The notes beneath the pieces were generated by a model. It was not told the origin of the DNA, did no database searches, and worked only from the letters and a program-made list of their open reading frames with translations. Of a stretch of DNA of 64,000 nucleotides, positions 1-15,174 are shown piece after piece. This DNA comes from the human T2T-CHM13v2.0 reference genome, Homo sapiens, in NCBI GenBank assembly GCA_009914755.4, contig CP068257.2:40992001-41056000 (forward strand). The letters are read 5' to 3'. The translations under genes and the position numbers were made by a program. Every line of letters starts with the position of its first letter. Within the stretch, counting starts at the first letter, position 1.

Positions 1-575
1 GTCGCTTGCTTTTTCCCTTCCCGAACATTGACTATCTTCTTGGTAACTACAGGTCTCAAAGGTAATTTCTTTTGTTCCTGGCATAATTTTCCCGTTTGTG
101 GGTAGCTTTGAGGCTGGTGATCTGAGCTCAGACAGACTCACATCTGAGCTCAGACAGACCCAGATCTGAGCTTGGTCCAGCCCCAAGGCCCAACCCAGCA
201 TTCTCTTCCTTTCATTTTGAAACAATCTTTAAATATCCTCTATTCTACATTAAATTGCTTTTCCTTTCAGCAAAAACCACGTTTTTATAACCTTTACCAA
301 ACACACTCTGAGTAATCCCAATTTCTGCTGAAAACCCTAGGATTAATTTAACATAACATGACTTTAAGATCTTAAATTCCTGAAGAGAATTTTGAAACTG
401 GTTTTATTTACCATAGATTACCAAAATCACATGTGCTAAAAGGCATTCGAGCTACCATCTATTTTTCTGATAAAATATTTGATTTAAGCATGTAAATGTT
501 CTCCTTCATATATTTTGGTAGTGCTGGGAATGCAAAATGCTTGTTCCCTGGTGCCATAAAGAAATAGCACTTGAG

Positions 576-874
<299 letters not shown>

Positions 875-2389
875 GAAATATCACTTGAACATAAATTTAA
901 TTCTCTCAGCAAGGCAATTTTCACTTTCTGCAGAAAGGGTACACTCACCAGCAGTCTTGCCACAAGAGTACACCAAACAAAGGAAAAGCAGATGTATTTA
1001 TCCCTTACGTATTTGGGTCATCCTTACTGCTGTGTCCTGCATCCATTGGCTGGAGCCGAACCTCACAGTCTAAACTGACACTCGACTTGCTAACAACCTA
1101 AAACTTTCTTAAATAGGTAAAGGCAAAGGGAGAACAAAGGAAAGGAGGAAGTTGCTTATGAAAGATTTAAAGAAGCAATAACATTTCCAAATAAGGAAGG
1201 GGCATAGGCTGTGAGCTGGAACGTGCCTGTGAGCATGTCCAACAGCTACATAGGATAGGGCTTAACAAAGAGTTATTAGCACAAAGCAAGGAGGCTTGAA
1301 GAAAGTCAGTCTTTAAAAGAAACTATTATTTCTAACACTTATGATTTATTCTTTAACAGGAAGGGAAACTTTGAAGAGGAAACTTTTTACTTTCTACAGT
1401 AGCGAAGTGTCACATACGCATGACACATATGTAGACGTAGCAGACACAGCAGCAGATCTTATACATTTAATAAGATTTTTCTTTTGCCATTTTTTAAAGA
1501 TTCTCCCTCACTTTAGACTATTAATCTCTTGATTTCCTGTTTCATGCCCTAAACAAATGTTAGGGAGAAAATTCTAAATCTGCATCTCCCAAGACAGGAC
1601 TCTGGGGAAACAGGTAGAAAGGAACAGAACTTCAATCTAAGCAAAAGCAAGGTCTGTTATGTAGACTTTAAGCCATTGTCTTCTCCATAGAGAAAGTTTC
1701 TAGTGGTTTCAGTACGGAGACAGACACGCCCTTACAAATGGAGATTCCCTCTAAAGATGTACATTTCCTTTACAAAGCGTGTTGAAGGCTGATTCGTTGG
1801 ATAGGCGGTCTTTTCAATTTAGCTTGTTTCTTAATTAGATTACTGGCTTTAAGGTAGAGCCCTTTAAGGACCAGGACCAAGAAAGCATGCAGGTTTTAGG
1901 ACCTAAACCACGACTTTCTTATTCAAACGTGCAAACACCCAAGTACCCCCGTATCAATGATCGTTTCCATTGCACGACTGTCCTGAGCCACCTCCAACAC
2001 TATGGCTTTCACCCGCCATCAACCACCAGCCATCACACACATCAAGGTCAAGTCCTCTCACAGTGCCAAGCAGTCTCTAGTGCCCTACAAACAGCCAGCG
2101 AGCCCAGTAACACAGTACAAGAGAGCAGAGCCCTAGACCTGAGGGGAACCTGTCTGCTTACAACCTAGGATGCCACGAGGAAAAACAGGTTCCTCCCAAA
2201 GAGAGGAGACTGGTGCCTTTTCCCTGTTCCCCAAGGATCCTAGGCTGTCAGAAATTTCCTTGTTTAGGTCCTCATGTGTCATTGAAGGTTGCAAGAGGAA
2301 AGAGGGACAGACAGAAGCAAACAGAGAAACAGACAGGGTTCTCGACTGAGAAGTTTTACAGAGAGCAGAGGCCGTAAAGCAATAAGCAA

Positions 2390-2691
2390 GCCGGGCGCAG
2401 TGGTGCAAGCCTGTAATCCCAGCACTTTGGGAGGCTGAAGTGGGTGAATCACCTGAGGTCAGGGGTTCGAGACCAGCCTGACCAACATGGTGAAACCCAA
2501 CTCTACTAAAAATACAAAAATTAGCCGGGCATGGTGGCGGACGCCTGTAGTCCCAGCTACTCTGGAGGCTGAGGCAGGAGAATTGCTTGAACTTGGGAGA
2601 CGGAGGTGCAGTGAGCCAAGATCTCACCACTGTACTCTAGCCTCTAGCCCGGGTGATGGAGCAAGACTCCGTCTAAAAAAAAAAAAAAAAA
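2390..2691 (+). mobile_element. Alu SINE, full length with poly-A tail
   Basis: gccgggcgcagtggtgcaagcctgtaatcccagcactttgggaggc ... gcaagactccgtctaaaaaaaaaaaaaaaaa. Confidence 0.92.
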
Positions 2692-3419
2692 TAGCAATAA
2701 GCAATAGGCGTGAACACATATACAACCCACATGGCAGATTGAACCAAGTTACCTTTTGACTGCCAAGCTCTTTTAAAAACCTTTTCCCAGTTGTAATTCC
2801 TACCAAAGCCATTTTACTTTGCCTCTGCTGCTGGCTGGGCTCCATCACCAAACAGGCAGCCCCTAGAAGCAGCCATCCACAGCAGTAGCTGCTCACCACC
2901 CTTCCTTACCGCTATGTGATGGATGGCTCTCAGCTAATGATTGCTTTAAGCATGCCAGCAGTTTAGGGACATCACTGCATTCACACACATGCACCTAAAA
3001 GGCGAACCATGCTGCTCCACGTGGAAGTGGCTGCTGCCTGGGATTTCTCCCACAGATGCTTCATTCCCTTTGCACATTTCTTGGTCTCTCAGTCCACGTT
3101 TTACAGTGGGCAGGTCTAGGCAAACCAGCCCCAAAGTCCAAAGAAGCTGAGAAGCTGACACATTGAGTTTCTTAGAAATGTTTCATACGGACTTACAAAG
3201 AGAAGCCATGGCTGTGTCTCAGGTGGCAACGAGATGAGATGGTGGATCCCTACCCCTCAGCCCCAGACCCAGAGCTTATATAGCACAGGGAGGAGTGGTT
3301 CAGAAGGAATGTGCAGGATGATTGAAGGATGATAATGTCAAGGTTGTTTGACCTAAGGGCAGGACCTACAGTAAGTAGCTGCTCTTACACAGGGAGTGGT
3401 AGATAAACTGGAAATCTTA

Positions 3420-3600
3420 GAGGCCTCCTCAGAATGTTAATCATAAGCCAATGTAAACCAAAAATAAAATTCTAAGTCCCCCAGCCATCTGAATGAATGC
3501 CTCCTCTTGGCCAAGGGCATTCCAAAGTTAACCTGAAAAGCTAGTTCAGGCTGTGATGGGAATCAGGAGCCAGACATACCTTATTATCCCCTCCTCCCTT
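3420..3600 (+). mobile_element. Same LTR-like repeat family, 5' part (starts tgtaaaccaaaaataaaat)
   Basis: gtaaaccaaaaataaaattctaagtccc...gccaagggcattccaaagttaacctgaaaagctagttcaggctgtgatggg matches 20905-21050. Confidence 0.5.
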
Positions 3601-3639
3601 TTGGCATTACTAATAGAACTGGTGAACAAAAGGAGTCAA

Positions 3640-4560
<921 letters not shown>

Positions 4561-4589
4561 TAATAAGAAACATTTACAATCTATTGTCT

Positions 4590-4935
4590 CTGAAGGCTGC
4601 TACCTGGAGGCTTCACCTATGGTCTCCACAACCCCTTATCTTCACCCAGACATTCCTAAGTCTTTCAACAGTAACTTAACTCTTTCAACCGACTGCCAAT
4701 CAGAAAATCTTTGAATCTACCTATGACCTGGAAGCCCCCACCTTCCAGTTGTTCCACCTTTCCACACCAAACCAATGTACATCTTCCATTTATTTGAATA
4801 ATGTTTCATGTCTCCCATGACCACCTTGCACCCAGACCACCTTGAACGCATGTTCTCAGAACCTTCTAGGGCTGTGTCACAGGCCATGGTAACTCATATT
4901 TGGTTCAGAATAAATCTCTTCAAACATTTTAGAGT
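4590..4935 (+). mobile_element. Same LTR-like repeat family, 3' part in sense, inverted relative to 3640-4560
   Basis: cttatcttcacccagacattcct...caaccgactgccaatcagaaaatctttgaatctacctatgacctggaagccccc ... ctgtgtcacaggccatggtaactcatatttggttcagaataaatctc matches 21170-21500. The segment 3650-4250 is its reverse complement. Confidence 0.55.
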
Positions 4936-4956
4936 TTGACTCTTCATCAACACCAA

Positions 4957-5316
4957 TATATTAGTCCTTTCTCACACTGCTATAAAGATACTACCTGATG
5001 CTGGGTAATTTATAAACAAAGGAGGTTTCATTGACTCACAGTTCCACATGGCTGCGGAGGCCTCAGGAAACTTACAATCATAGTGGAAGGTGAAGGGGAA
5101 GCAAGGCACAACTTACATGGCAGCAGGAGAGAGAATGAAGAGCGAACTGCTACTTATCAACTATCAGATCTTATGAAAACTCACTCACTATCATAAGAAC
5201 AGCATGGGGGAAATTGCCCCCATGATCCAATCACCTCCCACCAGGTCCCTCCCTCAACACGTGGGGATTGCAATTCGAGATCAGATTTGGGTGAGACACA
5301 GAGCCAAACCGTATCA
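4957..5316 (-). mobile_element. MaLR (THE1/MST-family) LTR, antisense
   Basis: Reverse complement of the THE1-type LTR: ...cagttccacatggctgcggaggcctcaggaaacttacaatcatagtggaaggtgaaggggaagcaaggca ... ccatgatccaatcacctcccaccaggtccctccctcaacacgtggggattgcaattcgagatcagatttgggtgagacacagagccaaaccgtatca. The family assignment is from memory of the THE1B consensus. Confidence 0.7.
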
Positions 5317-5562
5317 ACCAACATGGCAGATTAGCATCCAGGCTGGAGCTGCTGTGGCCTCCACAACCCTCTGTCTCAGTGCCATAATCTCTGGTGTATA
5401 AGAAAGATTTATGTTATTTCTCATTCATACTCCATGTGCACTGCGGTAGTTTTGGGGGCTTTTCTCTCACTCTGGGATCCACCCTAATGAAACAGCCACC
5501 ACCTTAAAGGTTGAAAGAGACCACGCCTCAGGGAATGAGACCTCTGATGCACATTACCTGTG

Positions 5563-5669
5563 CTCACAGCTCATTGGCCACAGCAGCCATGTGACCGCAC
5601 CCAACCACAAAGCTGCACAGCTCATTGGCCACAGCAGCCATGTGACCACACCCAACCACAAAGCTGCAC
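5563..5669 (+). repeat. Local tandem duplication, about 54 bp x 2
   Basis: cagctcattggccacagcagccatgtgacc(g/a)cacccaaccacaaagctgca occurs twice back to back. The duplication is also visible as the repeated peptide in ORF 5560-5913. Confidence 0.9.
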
Positions 5670-5929
5670 TTGTATGAGGGCAAGACCAACTTCTTCAAAG
5701 CCAGTCACTCAAAGGGGATTCCTTAGAAAGGAATTCCCCAGGGTTGGTTGTCAACACTGGCTAGGACTTCCAGTACAATCTTACTCAGAAGCAGGAAGAG
5801 CAGCCATCATTGCCTCAAAGGAACATTTCACTTTTAATTATGATGGTTTCTGTAGGTTTTGGGGCATATATTTAATCAGATTAAAGAACTTCCATTATAG
5901 TCTAGTTCACTAAGAGTCCTTTTTTAAAA

Positions 5930-6730
5930 TTACAAGTGTACATTGATTTTTTTCATGCCTTTTTCCTAATCTGAGATGGTTTAATCCTGCCTTTAATAGT
6001 TATAAAACTATTCACATTTCATTTATTATTAATTTTGGTAAGTATATTTCTGTTGTATATTTGTTTTCTATTTCAATAATTTCTGTTTTTTTCCTTCCTT
6101 CTACTTTGTTTGTATTTGTTTTTGTTCTAACTTCTTTCTTTTTTTGAAACTAGGTCTTGCTCTGTTGCCCAGGCTGGAGTGCAGTGTCACAATCATGGCT
6201 CACTGTGGCCTCCACCTCCCAGGTTTAAGCAATCCTCCTACATACCTATATATGTGTGTATATGTATAATAGAATGAAAATATAACGAATTTAGAATTGT
6301 TATATCTTCCCGGTGAATAAAGCATCCTTCTTTGTCTCTAATATATTTGTCTCCAATAATTTTATGCCTAAAGTCAATTTTGTCTGATATTAGTATATGT
6401 ACATTAGCTTTCTTTTTCTGAGTATTGCCACATTATGCTTTTTCCATTATTTTATTTTAAGTCACTTTTATTCTTACGTTTTCGGTATTGTGGAATGCAG
6501 CAAAGCAATGCCTAGAGAGAAATATTGATCTTAAATGCATTTCTTCAGTTTAAAATTTTTTCTTAATCAATATTTTTTCAAGTATTTTTTCTGAGCATTC
6601 TTTTCCACTTCTCCTTTTCAGACTCCAGTAAATAGTTTTTAAAACTTCTCACAGTATCTTCTATGTTTTTTACCACCTCTTTTGAATGTTCAATTTTTAT
6701 GTCCCTATCCATGCTTGATTCTGGATAGTT
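5930..6730. mobile_element. AT-rich segment with LINE-1-like sequence (old L1 fragment?), interrupted by Alus
   Basis: Strings such as ttctttgtctctaatatatttgtctccaataattttatgcctaaagtcaattttgtctgatattagtat and, at 7580+, ccatgatggttgaattttat resemble L1 ORF2 and 3' sequence from memory. This is not verified. Confidence 0.3.
6133..6240 (-). mobile_element. Alu fragment (3' roughly 100 nt only, antisense)
   Basis: T-run, then gaaactaggtcttgctctgttgcccaggctggagtgcagtg...ggctcactgtggcctccacctcccaggtttaagcaatcctcc, which is the reverse complement of an Alu right-arm end. Confidence 0.7.
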
Positions 6731-6732
6731 TC

Positions 6733-7040
<308 letters not shown>

Positions 7041-7236
7041 TAATTTCTTTTATCCATTTTCAAGTTCACTAATTTTCTTATTAGCTGGCCCAATGTTCTG
7101 TTAAACCCATCCATTGAGTTCTTAATTTCAAAATTATATATTGCAGTTCTTAAATTTGTATATGAACTTTTTCAAATCTGTCATGTCTTTCTAAAATAGT
7201 TTAACGGTCTTACCTATTTAAAAGCTTTACCTGGTT

Positions 7237-7563
7237 GGCTGGGCACAGTGGCTCATGCCTGTAATCCCAGCACTTTGGGAGGCCAAGGCAGGCGGTCTCA
7301 AGTTCAGGTCAGGAACTCCTGAGGTCAGGAGTTCAAGACCAGCCTGGCCAACATGGCAAAACCCCATCTCTAGTAAAAATATGAAAATTAGCCGGGCATG
7401 GTGGCATGTACTTGTAATCCCACCTACTTGGGAGGCTGAAGCAGGAGAATCACTTGAACCCTGGGGTCAAAAGTTGCAGTGAGCCGAGATCACCCCACTG
7501 CACTCCAGCATGGGTGACAAAGTGAGACTCTGCCTCAAAAAAAATTAAAATAAAATAAAAAGA
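7237..7563 (+). mobile_element. Alu SINE, full length, flanked by a 16-17-bp target-site duplication
   Basis: ggctgggcacagtggctcatgcctgtaatcccagcactttgggaggccaaggcagg ... A-rich tail. The duplication aaagctttacctggtt occurs at 7221-7236 and again at 7564-7580. Confidence 0.92.
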
Positions 7564-8765
7564 AAAGCTTTACCTGGTTAATTTCAGTATCTGGAGCCCA
7601 TGATGGTTGAATTTTATTGTCCTCGTTTCTGTGGATTCTTGTCCACACTGTCTTTTCTTTTTGTGTGTTTGCTTATTTTAGATTGTGTGCTAGACATTGT
7701 ATTTGGAAAAAAAAATACATTTTGTGGACACAATCTGCTGATACACTCTTTCTCTGCAAATTTTTTGTAACTACCAAGCAACTGGGTATATTCACAATCT
7801 GGAATCATCTTAATCTAATTTTAGAAATTGAGATTTTTCTGGACCCTCGAGATATCTAAAAACTGAAATAAAGTTATTGAAATGATTTGTCTATTTCCGG
7901 CTTTTTTTTTTTCCTTAGATGTAATTCTTCAAAGTCCTAATGTGAAGAAGAAGGGTTGCTAAGACCCCCACCCTCAAAATTGGAGTGTCTCAGATGCTAA
8001 ATTTTGTCCTTTATTCCTACAGAATGGCAAAAACATATGGCTCCACCTCTTAACCATCTCTTCCATGACTAAAAAAACACTCCCAAGGAAAAATTGCCCC
8101 AAATGCTGGGTTCATTTGCCTGAATTTTTATCTTCTTCCTCATGTTGGCCCAGTAGTTTTTTGCTATCTCACTAGCCCATCAGTATTCAAGTATTTTTTT
8201 TTTAAGTATTTTGTTCAAAAGTTTCTGGCTATCTGCCAAAAGAAGGTTCGTCCATATTGCTTAGTTCACCATTACTAGAAAGAGAAGCTTTATACTGTCA
8301 TGCTCAGTAGAAATTTAAAAATAGCTCATCTTCTTCTGACACCAATACATCATAGCTTCGTATTTTCTCACTTTGACAGCCTGGTTATGCTGTTCTATAC
8401 TCTTGAATACAAGTGGGAAAAAACAATTTGGTCAAACTTTTTAAAAAGTTTGGATGCTTGAGCACAGACTAACCAAAAAGTCTGAATATGATGCATTCCA
8501 AAGATTCTGTGTCCACGGGGTGTCTAGAGTTCAGAATGCATGTTTCCATGCCTGACAGGCCAACCCACAGGAACCCCTCATGGGGCTGAGCTACGGAGGC
8601 TACAGCAGTGGCCCAAATTCTGTGTTATGGAAGCAGCAGGTACAGATAGAAAGAGAACTACAGGAGAAAGAAATGTGCCCCCTCTCATGCTAGGGCCCTC
8701 ACGCATGAAGGACCCCAGGAGAAAATGTCAGACAGGCCTTCCCTGGGGTTGGCATGTGCCCGCTG

Positions 8766-9166
8766 TATTAGTCTGTTCTTACACTGCTATAAAGAACTAC
8801 CTGAGACTGGGTAATTTATGAAAAAAAGCAGTTGAATTGACTCATAGTTCTGCAGGCTGTATAGGAAGCATGGCTGGGAGCGCCGCAGGAAACTTACAAT
8901 TATGGCAGAAGAGTGAAGGGGAAGCAAGCACCTTCTTCACGTGGCAGAGCAGGAGGAAGAGAATGAAGTTGGGGGCTGGTCGTGCTAGGCACTTTTAAAC
9001 AACCAGGTCTTGGAAGAACTCTATCAAGAGACAGCACCGGGGGATGGTACTAAACTATTAGAAACCACGCCATGATCCAGTCACCTCCCACCAGGCCCCA
9101 CCTCCAACACTGGAGAATTATAATTCAACATGGATTTGGGTAGGGACACAGAGCCAAACCACATCA
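8766..9166 (-). mobile_element. MaLR (THE1/MST-family) LTR, antisense; second copy in the same orientation
   Basis: tattagtctgttcttacactgctataaagaactacctgagactgggtaatttatg ... ccatgatccagtcacctcccaccaggccccacctccaacactggagaattataattcaacatggatttgggtagggacacagagccaaaccacatca. Confidence 0.7.
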
Positions 9167-10891
9167 CCCACCTCTCTGCATTCTGAGCACACTGCTTCCC
9201 TTATTCCAAACTCTCCAGGTGCCCTGGGCCTTCCTGAGGTGCTCGGGACCCAATGAAGGGTCCCCATCCACCCTGTCCTCCCTGCTCAAAGTGCCCCATG
9301 CTCCCAAATCCAACCGTTCCCTCCAATAATAAAACCTCAAATTCTCTCCTTGCTGGCCACCTCCGTTCAGAGTTGAGGGAGGGAAGAAACTGCAAACTCA
9401 TACTAATCCCCTGCCAGTTTGTCTTAGTTTTCAAAGTGACTCTTCTTATAACAGGTGTAACAAGTGAATTGATCATTTCGGGCAAGGAAACAGAGCGGAG
9501 AGGAAGCCTGAAGGCAAAGTTGGGGAACCGATGTGGAGGCAACAGTTAGAGAGAAGGTCATTGAGGAGAGGGCACTTCCACTGCCGCCTCCCTCAGCGGG
9601 GTCCTGCCTTTCCAGCCCCTCTCCCTCCAAATCCCAGGATTCTCTCAGCGCCAGGGCCAGGGATTTACTTCCAGTGGTTCTGGGGGTGTCCATGTGGTAT
9701 TAAGGAGCCACAACTGACAGAGAAGATGGGATAGGGGCACTTGGGGGCTGCCCTGAGGCTCCTGGGACTTACTGGATTTATGAGGATTTATGAGAATTTA
9801 GGAACTAGGCATCCATAACCCTAGGAGTCTCTGGACTCATATTTTTAAGATTTTTGCCTCAGATAAATAAAATATTTTTATAGGCTACAACGTTGCTGCT
9901 TTTTTTCTGTTCTTTAAATCATCAGTTTAAAAATAAATTGCATTCAAGTTTTCATTCCTGGCAGGGTGCAGGGTTAAGCCGCCTACATTTGACTTTAACA
10001 GATGATTTCATTGCACTCAATTTTTTTATAAAACAGAAAACCTTCCTAGGTTGTTGCAACCACAAAGAGGAGGCTACTATATAAGAAGGTAAAGGATTCT
10101 TAACACACCGCAGAGCCGCACAGGTCTTTGTCGTTAGCCAAGCTGGATCCTGGCAACCACCTAGGACAGTCAACGTGGGGTTTTCTATTTTACAGGTGAA
10201 GAAAATGAGGCTTTCCGGTCTGGCTGCTCATCCAGGGCCCTGGTTCCCAGTACAGCGGGCCACGCTGGGCTAGGGTATTATCTGTGTGTCTGCATAACCC
10301 CCTCCCGTGGTTGACAGAGTTTGTCTGATCAAAGCATCTTTAGTGGAAAACCACACTCACCACAGGGCTATTTTCACACACCCAAACTTCGGAATACATT
10401 TTTTTTCCAGAGAGGACTTCTCTGGGACAAAGTAACACTTTTACATCCCACTGCTGGTCTGGGCAGTCAACTCCCTGATGTCTCGGTTTCTGAACATACC
10501 TTGGCAAACTCCAAGAGGAGTCCAGGCGAGAGGAATGGTCCTGTGTAGGCAGAGACGCCCCAGGCAGTGCCGGAGCTGAGCTTCCCAGGCAGACCCTGTT
10601 GCCCTGGATCTCACCCCGGGTCTAGCCCTGCTGGCAGACCTGTGAGGTGTTCCTGAATTGGGTTCAGATGTCCCCCCAGACCAGCCCTCTTACAGGCAAA
10701 GCCTGTCCCAATGCTGGCCCGTACCTGTTGTCACAGGACCTGAGCTTTAGGGGATTTCGCAATTTCAGATGAGGAAGCTGATTAATGAGTGGCTCAGAAC
10801 ATGGAGGACGCTGGGAGCAGAGCCGAGCAAGGCAACCTGCAGCCCGTTCCTGCCCCATCAGATGCGCCTCGGGGCTCGGGGCTGCACGTAG

Positions 10892-12674
10892 TCACACGCA
10901 GTACACACACACACCACACATACATCACACACCACACACACACTACACACACATCACACACCACACACCACATACACACACCACATACCACATACACCAC
11001 ACACCACACACAGTACACACACACCACACACCACACACACATCAAACACCACACACACTACACGCACACCACACACCACATACACACACACCACACACAT
11101 ACCACACACCACACATACCACACACCACACACACCACACACCACATACACACACACACCACACGCACCACACACCACACACTACACACCACACACACACC
11201 ACACACACATCACACACCATACACACTATGCGCATACCACACACCGCATACACACACACCACACACACACCACATACACACACCACACACACATCACACA
11301 CCACACACTACACACACCATACACCACATACACACCACACACACCACACACCACACACACCACATACACACACACCACACACCACACACACACTACACGC
11401 ACACCACACACCACATACAAACACACCACGCACACCACACACACTACACACACACCACACACACTACACACACACCTCACACACCATACATACCACACAC
11501 ACCACACACACACCACAAACGCACTATACACACTACACGCACACCACACACAAACACAAACACACTACACACACACCACACACCACAGACACCACACACA
11601 CTACACACCACACACACCATACACCACACACCACACACACCACACACACCACACACATCACATACGACACCCACTACGTGCATACCACACACCACACACA
11701 CCACATACACACACACCACACACACATCACACACCACACACCACATACACACACACCACACACACCACACACCACACACACTACACACACACCACACACA
11801 CCTCACACACCATACATACCACACACACCACACACACCACAAACGCACTACACACACTACACACACACCACAAACACACTGCACACACACCACACACACA
11901 CCACACACCACACCACACACCACACACACCTCACACACCATACATACCACCACACCACACACACACCACAAACCACACACACACCACACACTGCACACAC
12001 ACCACACACACACCACACACACCATACACCACACACACCACACACATACCACACACTCCACACATCACACACCACACACATACCACACACACACTACACA
12101 CATACCACACACTCCACACACCACACACACACCGCACACACATCACACACCACACACATACCACACACACACCACACACACACCACACTACACACACACA
12201 GCACACACACCGCACACATCACACACACACACCACACACACAAACGTACCACGAATGCACACTTTCACGCACACACCCCCCACACACAAATACACATACA
12301 CCACACACACATAAACTTACCACAGATGCACACATGCAGACACACACCACGCACCACCCCCACACCACACAGAAACACATACACACCACACACACAAACG
12401 TATCACAGATGCACACATGCAGACATATCCACAGCATGCAAACACACATACACCACACACATCACACCATACACATACCACACACACATACATACTCATA
12501 CACACCACACACCCATATACACAGACACCATACACACACCACACACACATATTCACACAGACACATACACACCACATATACATACACACAAACAGTTGCA
12601 CATACATACACACAGACACACACAAGTACACACACTACACAGACAAGCACACACATCACACACACACACAGACA
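10892..12674 (+). repeat. About 1.8 kb degenerate CA-rich low-complexity tract (CACACCA/CACACTA/CATACA units)
   Basis: Uninterrupted C+A-rich sequence (cacacaccacacatacatcacacaccacacacacactacacac...). It generates the 500-630-aa His/Thr-rich (+) and Cys/Val-rich (-) artefact ORFs in the track. Confidence 0.95.
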
Positions 12675-14637
12675 TGACCCCTAGCCATGCCCAACTTTGC
12701 ACTGGTCACTAATAATTTTTCTGGTTCTACCAATATTTACCGCTCTGATCAGGGAAGTGTCTGCATTTTTCTATTTCAAAGCTGTTCTGTAGGTATCACG
12801 TCGGGGGTGGTAATATTGGCCACCCTACGTCCTGTGTGCAGAGAAGGAATGAAGAGCGATTTGTGAACGCGAAGCAGCAAAGCTACTAACGGGTGCAGTT
12901 AAGAAACAGAACAATCAAGAAGAAACAAGAAAACGCCCTCCAGGAAACAGAAACCGGGTGCAGAGGCACTGTCTGCAGACCTACTGGAGCCTCAGGCAAC
13001 CTGCGGAGGAAAAGCCCCAAAGTTCTTTTCAATCTTTGCTCCTGATAGAGAAAGACGGTGTTGCACCGTTCTTTTCATTTGCATGCGTGGAATTTCCAGT
13101 GAGGTCCACGCTCGCTGGCTCGCTGGCAGCTCCGTGGAATCCGCCCCACCCTTGCAGAGCTCTTTCATTGATTTGAAAGAGCCTCTGTGTGTACATAGTG
13201 CGACTGTTCCGAAGTCTTTATCACAGTTACTGGTGATGCTTTTTTCCAGATGTCCTCGACGTGCACCCATGAAGGGCTCCACCTGAGAGTGCCAGGGTCC
13301 TCCGTGGGATGGGGCTGGAGGGGGTGCTCTTGCCGTCCTGGGCTCCCAAGCAGCCATAGGAACAATAGGGTGATGGGGTCCCAGAGATAGAGGCCAGTGA
13401 CAGCAGCGCTTTGAACCCCTCACACGGGCACGGGCCCTCTGGCAGGGATGGGCGTCCCGGTCACACGGAGATGGGGGCTGCTGCTGCCTGCAGGTAGAGG
13501 AAGGGACGTGTTTGGCAGTCCTGTGACCCCTGGGCACCTCGCCTCCCCCACGGCCGGCTCTGCTTGTAAACAGACAAGTGCACAAGCGCAGCCCGGTGAA
13601 GGCACAGCGGTCCCAGGAGGCATCTGGGCTGCACCCCAGCGAGCCGCCCATACACGTGGAGATGCCGGCCAAGGCCCTGCAGCACACGGCAGAGGAAGGC
13701 GCGATGGGAGCCATGCTGGGCCCGGAAGGTGCCGCCGCCCGGAGCTGTAGCCATCACTCCAGCTCTTCTTTTAAGTGTTCCCAGAAATTGTGACCCACCA
13801 AAATCTGAGAGCACCCGACAGTAAGCCAGAGGACCTTGATGTGAGATCCCAGCACGGTGTGGGGGCGGACTGTGGTGGGTGCTGTCTCGGCCCCCACCCC
13901 TTCCACAGGTCGGTGTGCACATCCCACGGCGCCTGCTAAGCTGCAGTCTTCTCCAAAGGGGTCACTCTCCGTGGGAAGGGAGCCACCCGCCCCCGGGTGA
14001 TGTCCCCAGTCAGTGACTGACGACAGTCCCCAGCCGAGGTGAGGGACCAGCTCCTGCATCCCTCACTCCGGGGCTTGCCTGTGGGCCAGGGTGGGGGCGA
14101 GCCTCAGCAGAGACCGCGTCCCCCTTGCCTGTCCTGCCCTGCCTCCCCTGCCTCCCCCGCGCCTCTGCTGAGCACGCCCAGAGGGAGCTGCTTGCTGCGG
14201 AATCCCCACGTCTAGAGAAGGCAGCCTGAGACACAGCGGCGGTGGACGCGCACTCAGCCATTTTTCCTGAGATAGGGATGGATTTATGTTGATCTTGCCA
14301 CATCTTTCTACTGCTTCCTCTAAGGTGCAAATATTTTTAAAACAGCTGTGGCTAGTGAAGTCTCACATGGTCTCAGAATCATTCCAGGTGCAGAGAAAGC
14401 CCAGATGTTGAGCCCTAGCATACGGAGGCCTTAGGAGTCAATGACCTGAGAAGCTTCCAGCAAAGCACCCAACACTGATGTTAAAACCAGCACGAACCGC
14501 CCCACCTCCCCACCTCCCCGCAAGCGTTGCCGGGACTGACAGATTACAGAGCTCTGCTCCCTCTGCACTCCTGCTCTGCCACCCCCAGGGTGTCAGAATG
14601 TGCCCCCCACACAGTTTCCAAAAGATTCCACACATCT

Positions 14638-15174
<537 letters not shown>

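Noticed and set aside
10785-12712. Very long ORFs (494-631 aa on +; many 80-190 aa on -) encoding His/Thr/Pro-rich or Cys/Val-rich polypeptides
   Set aside because: They lie entirely within the 1.8-kb CA-rich low-complexity tract. A C+A-rich strand lacks TAA/TAG/TGA in several frames, so the ORFs are compositional artefacts. There are no start or splice signals and no resemblance to a real protein.
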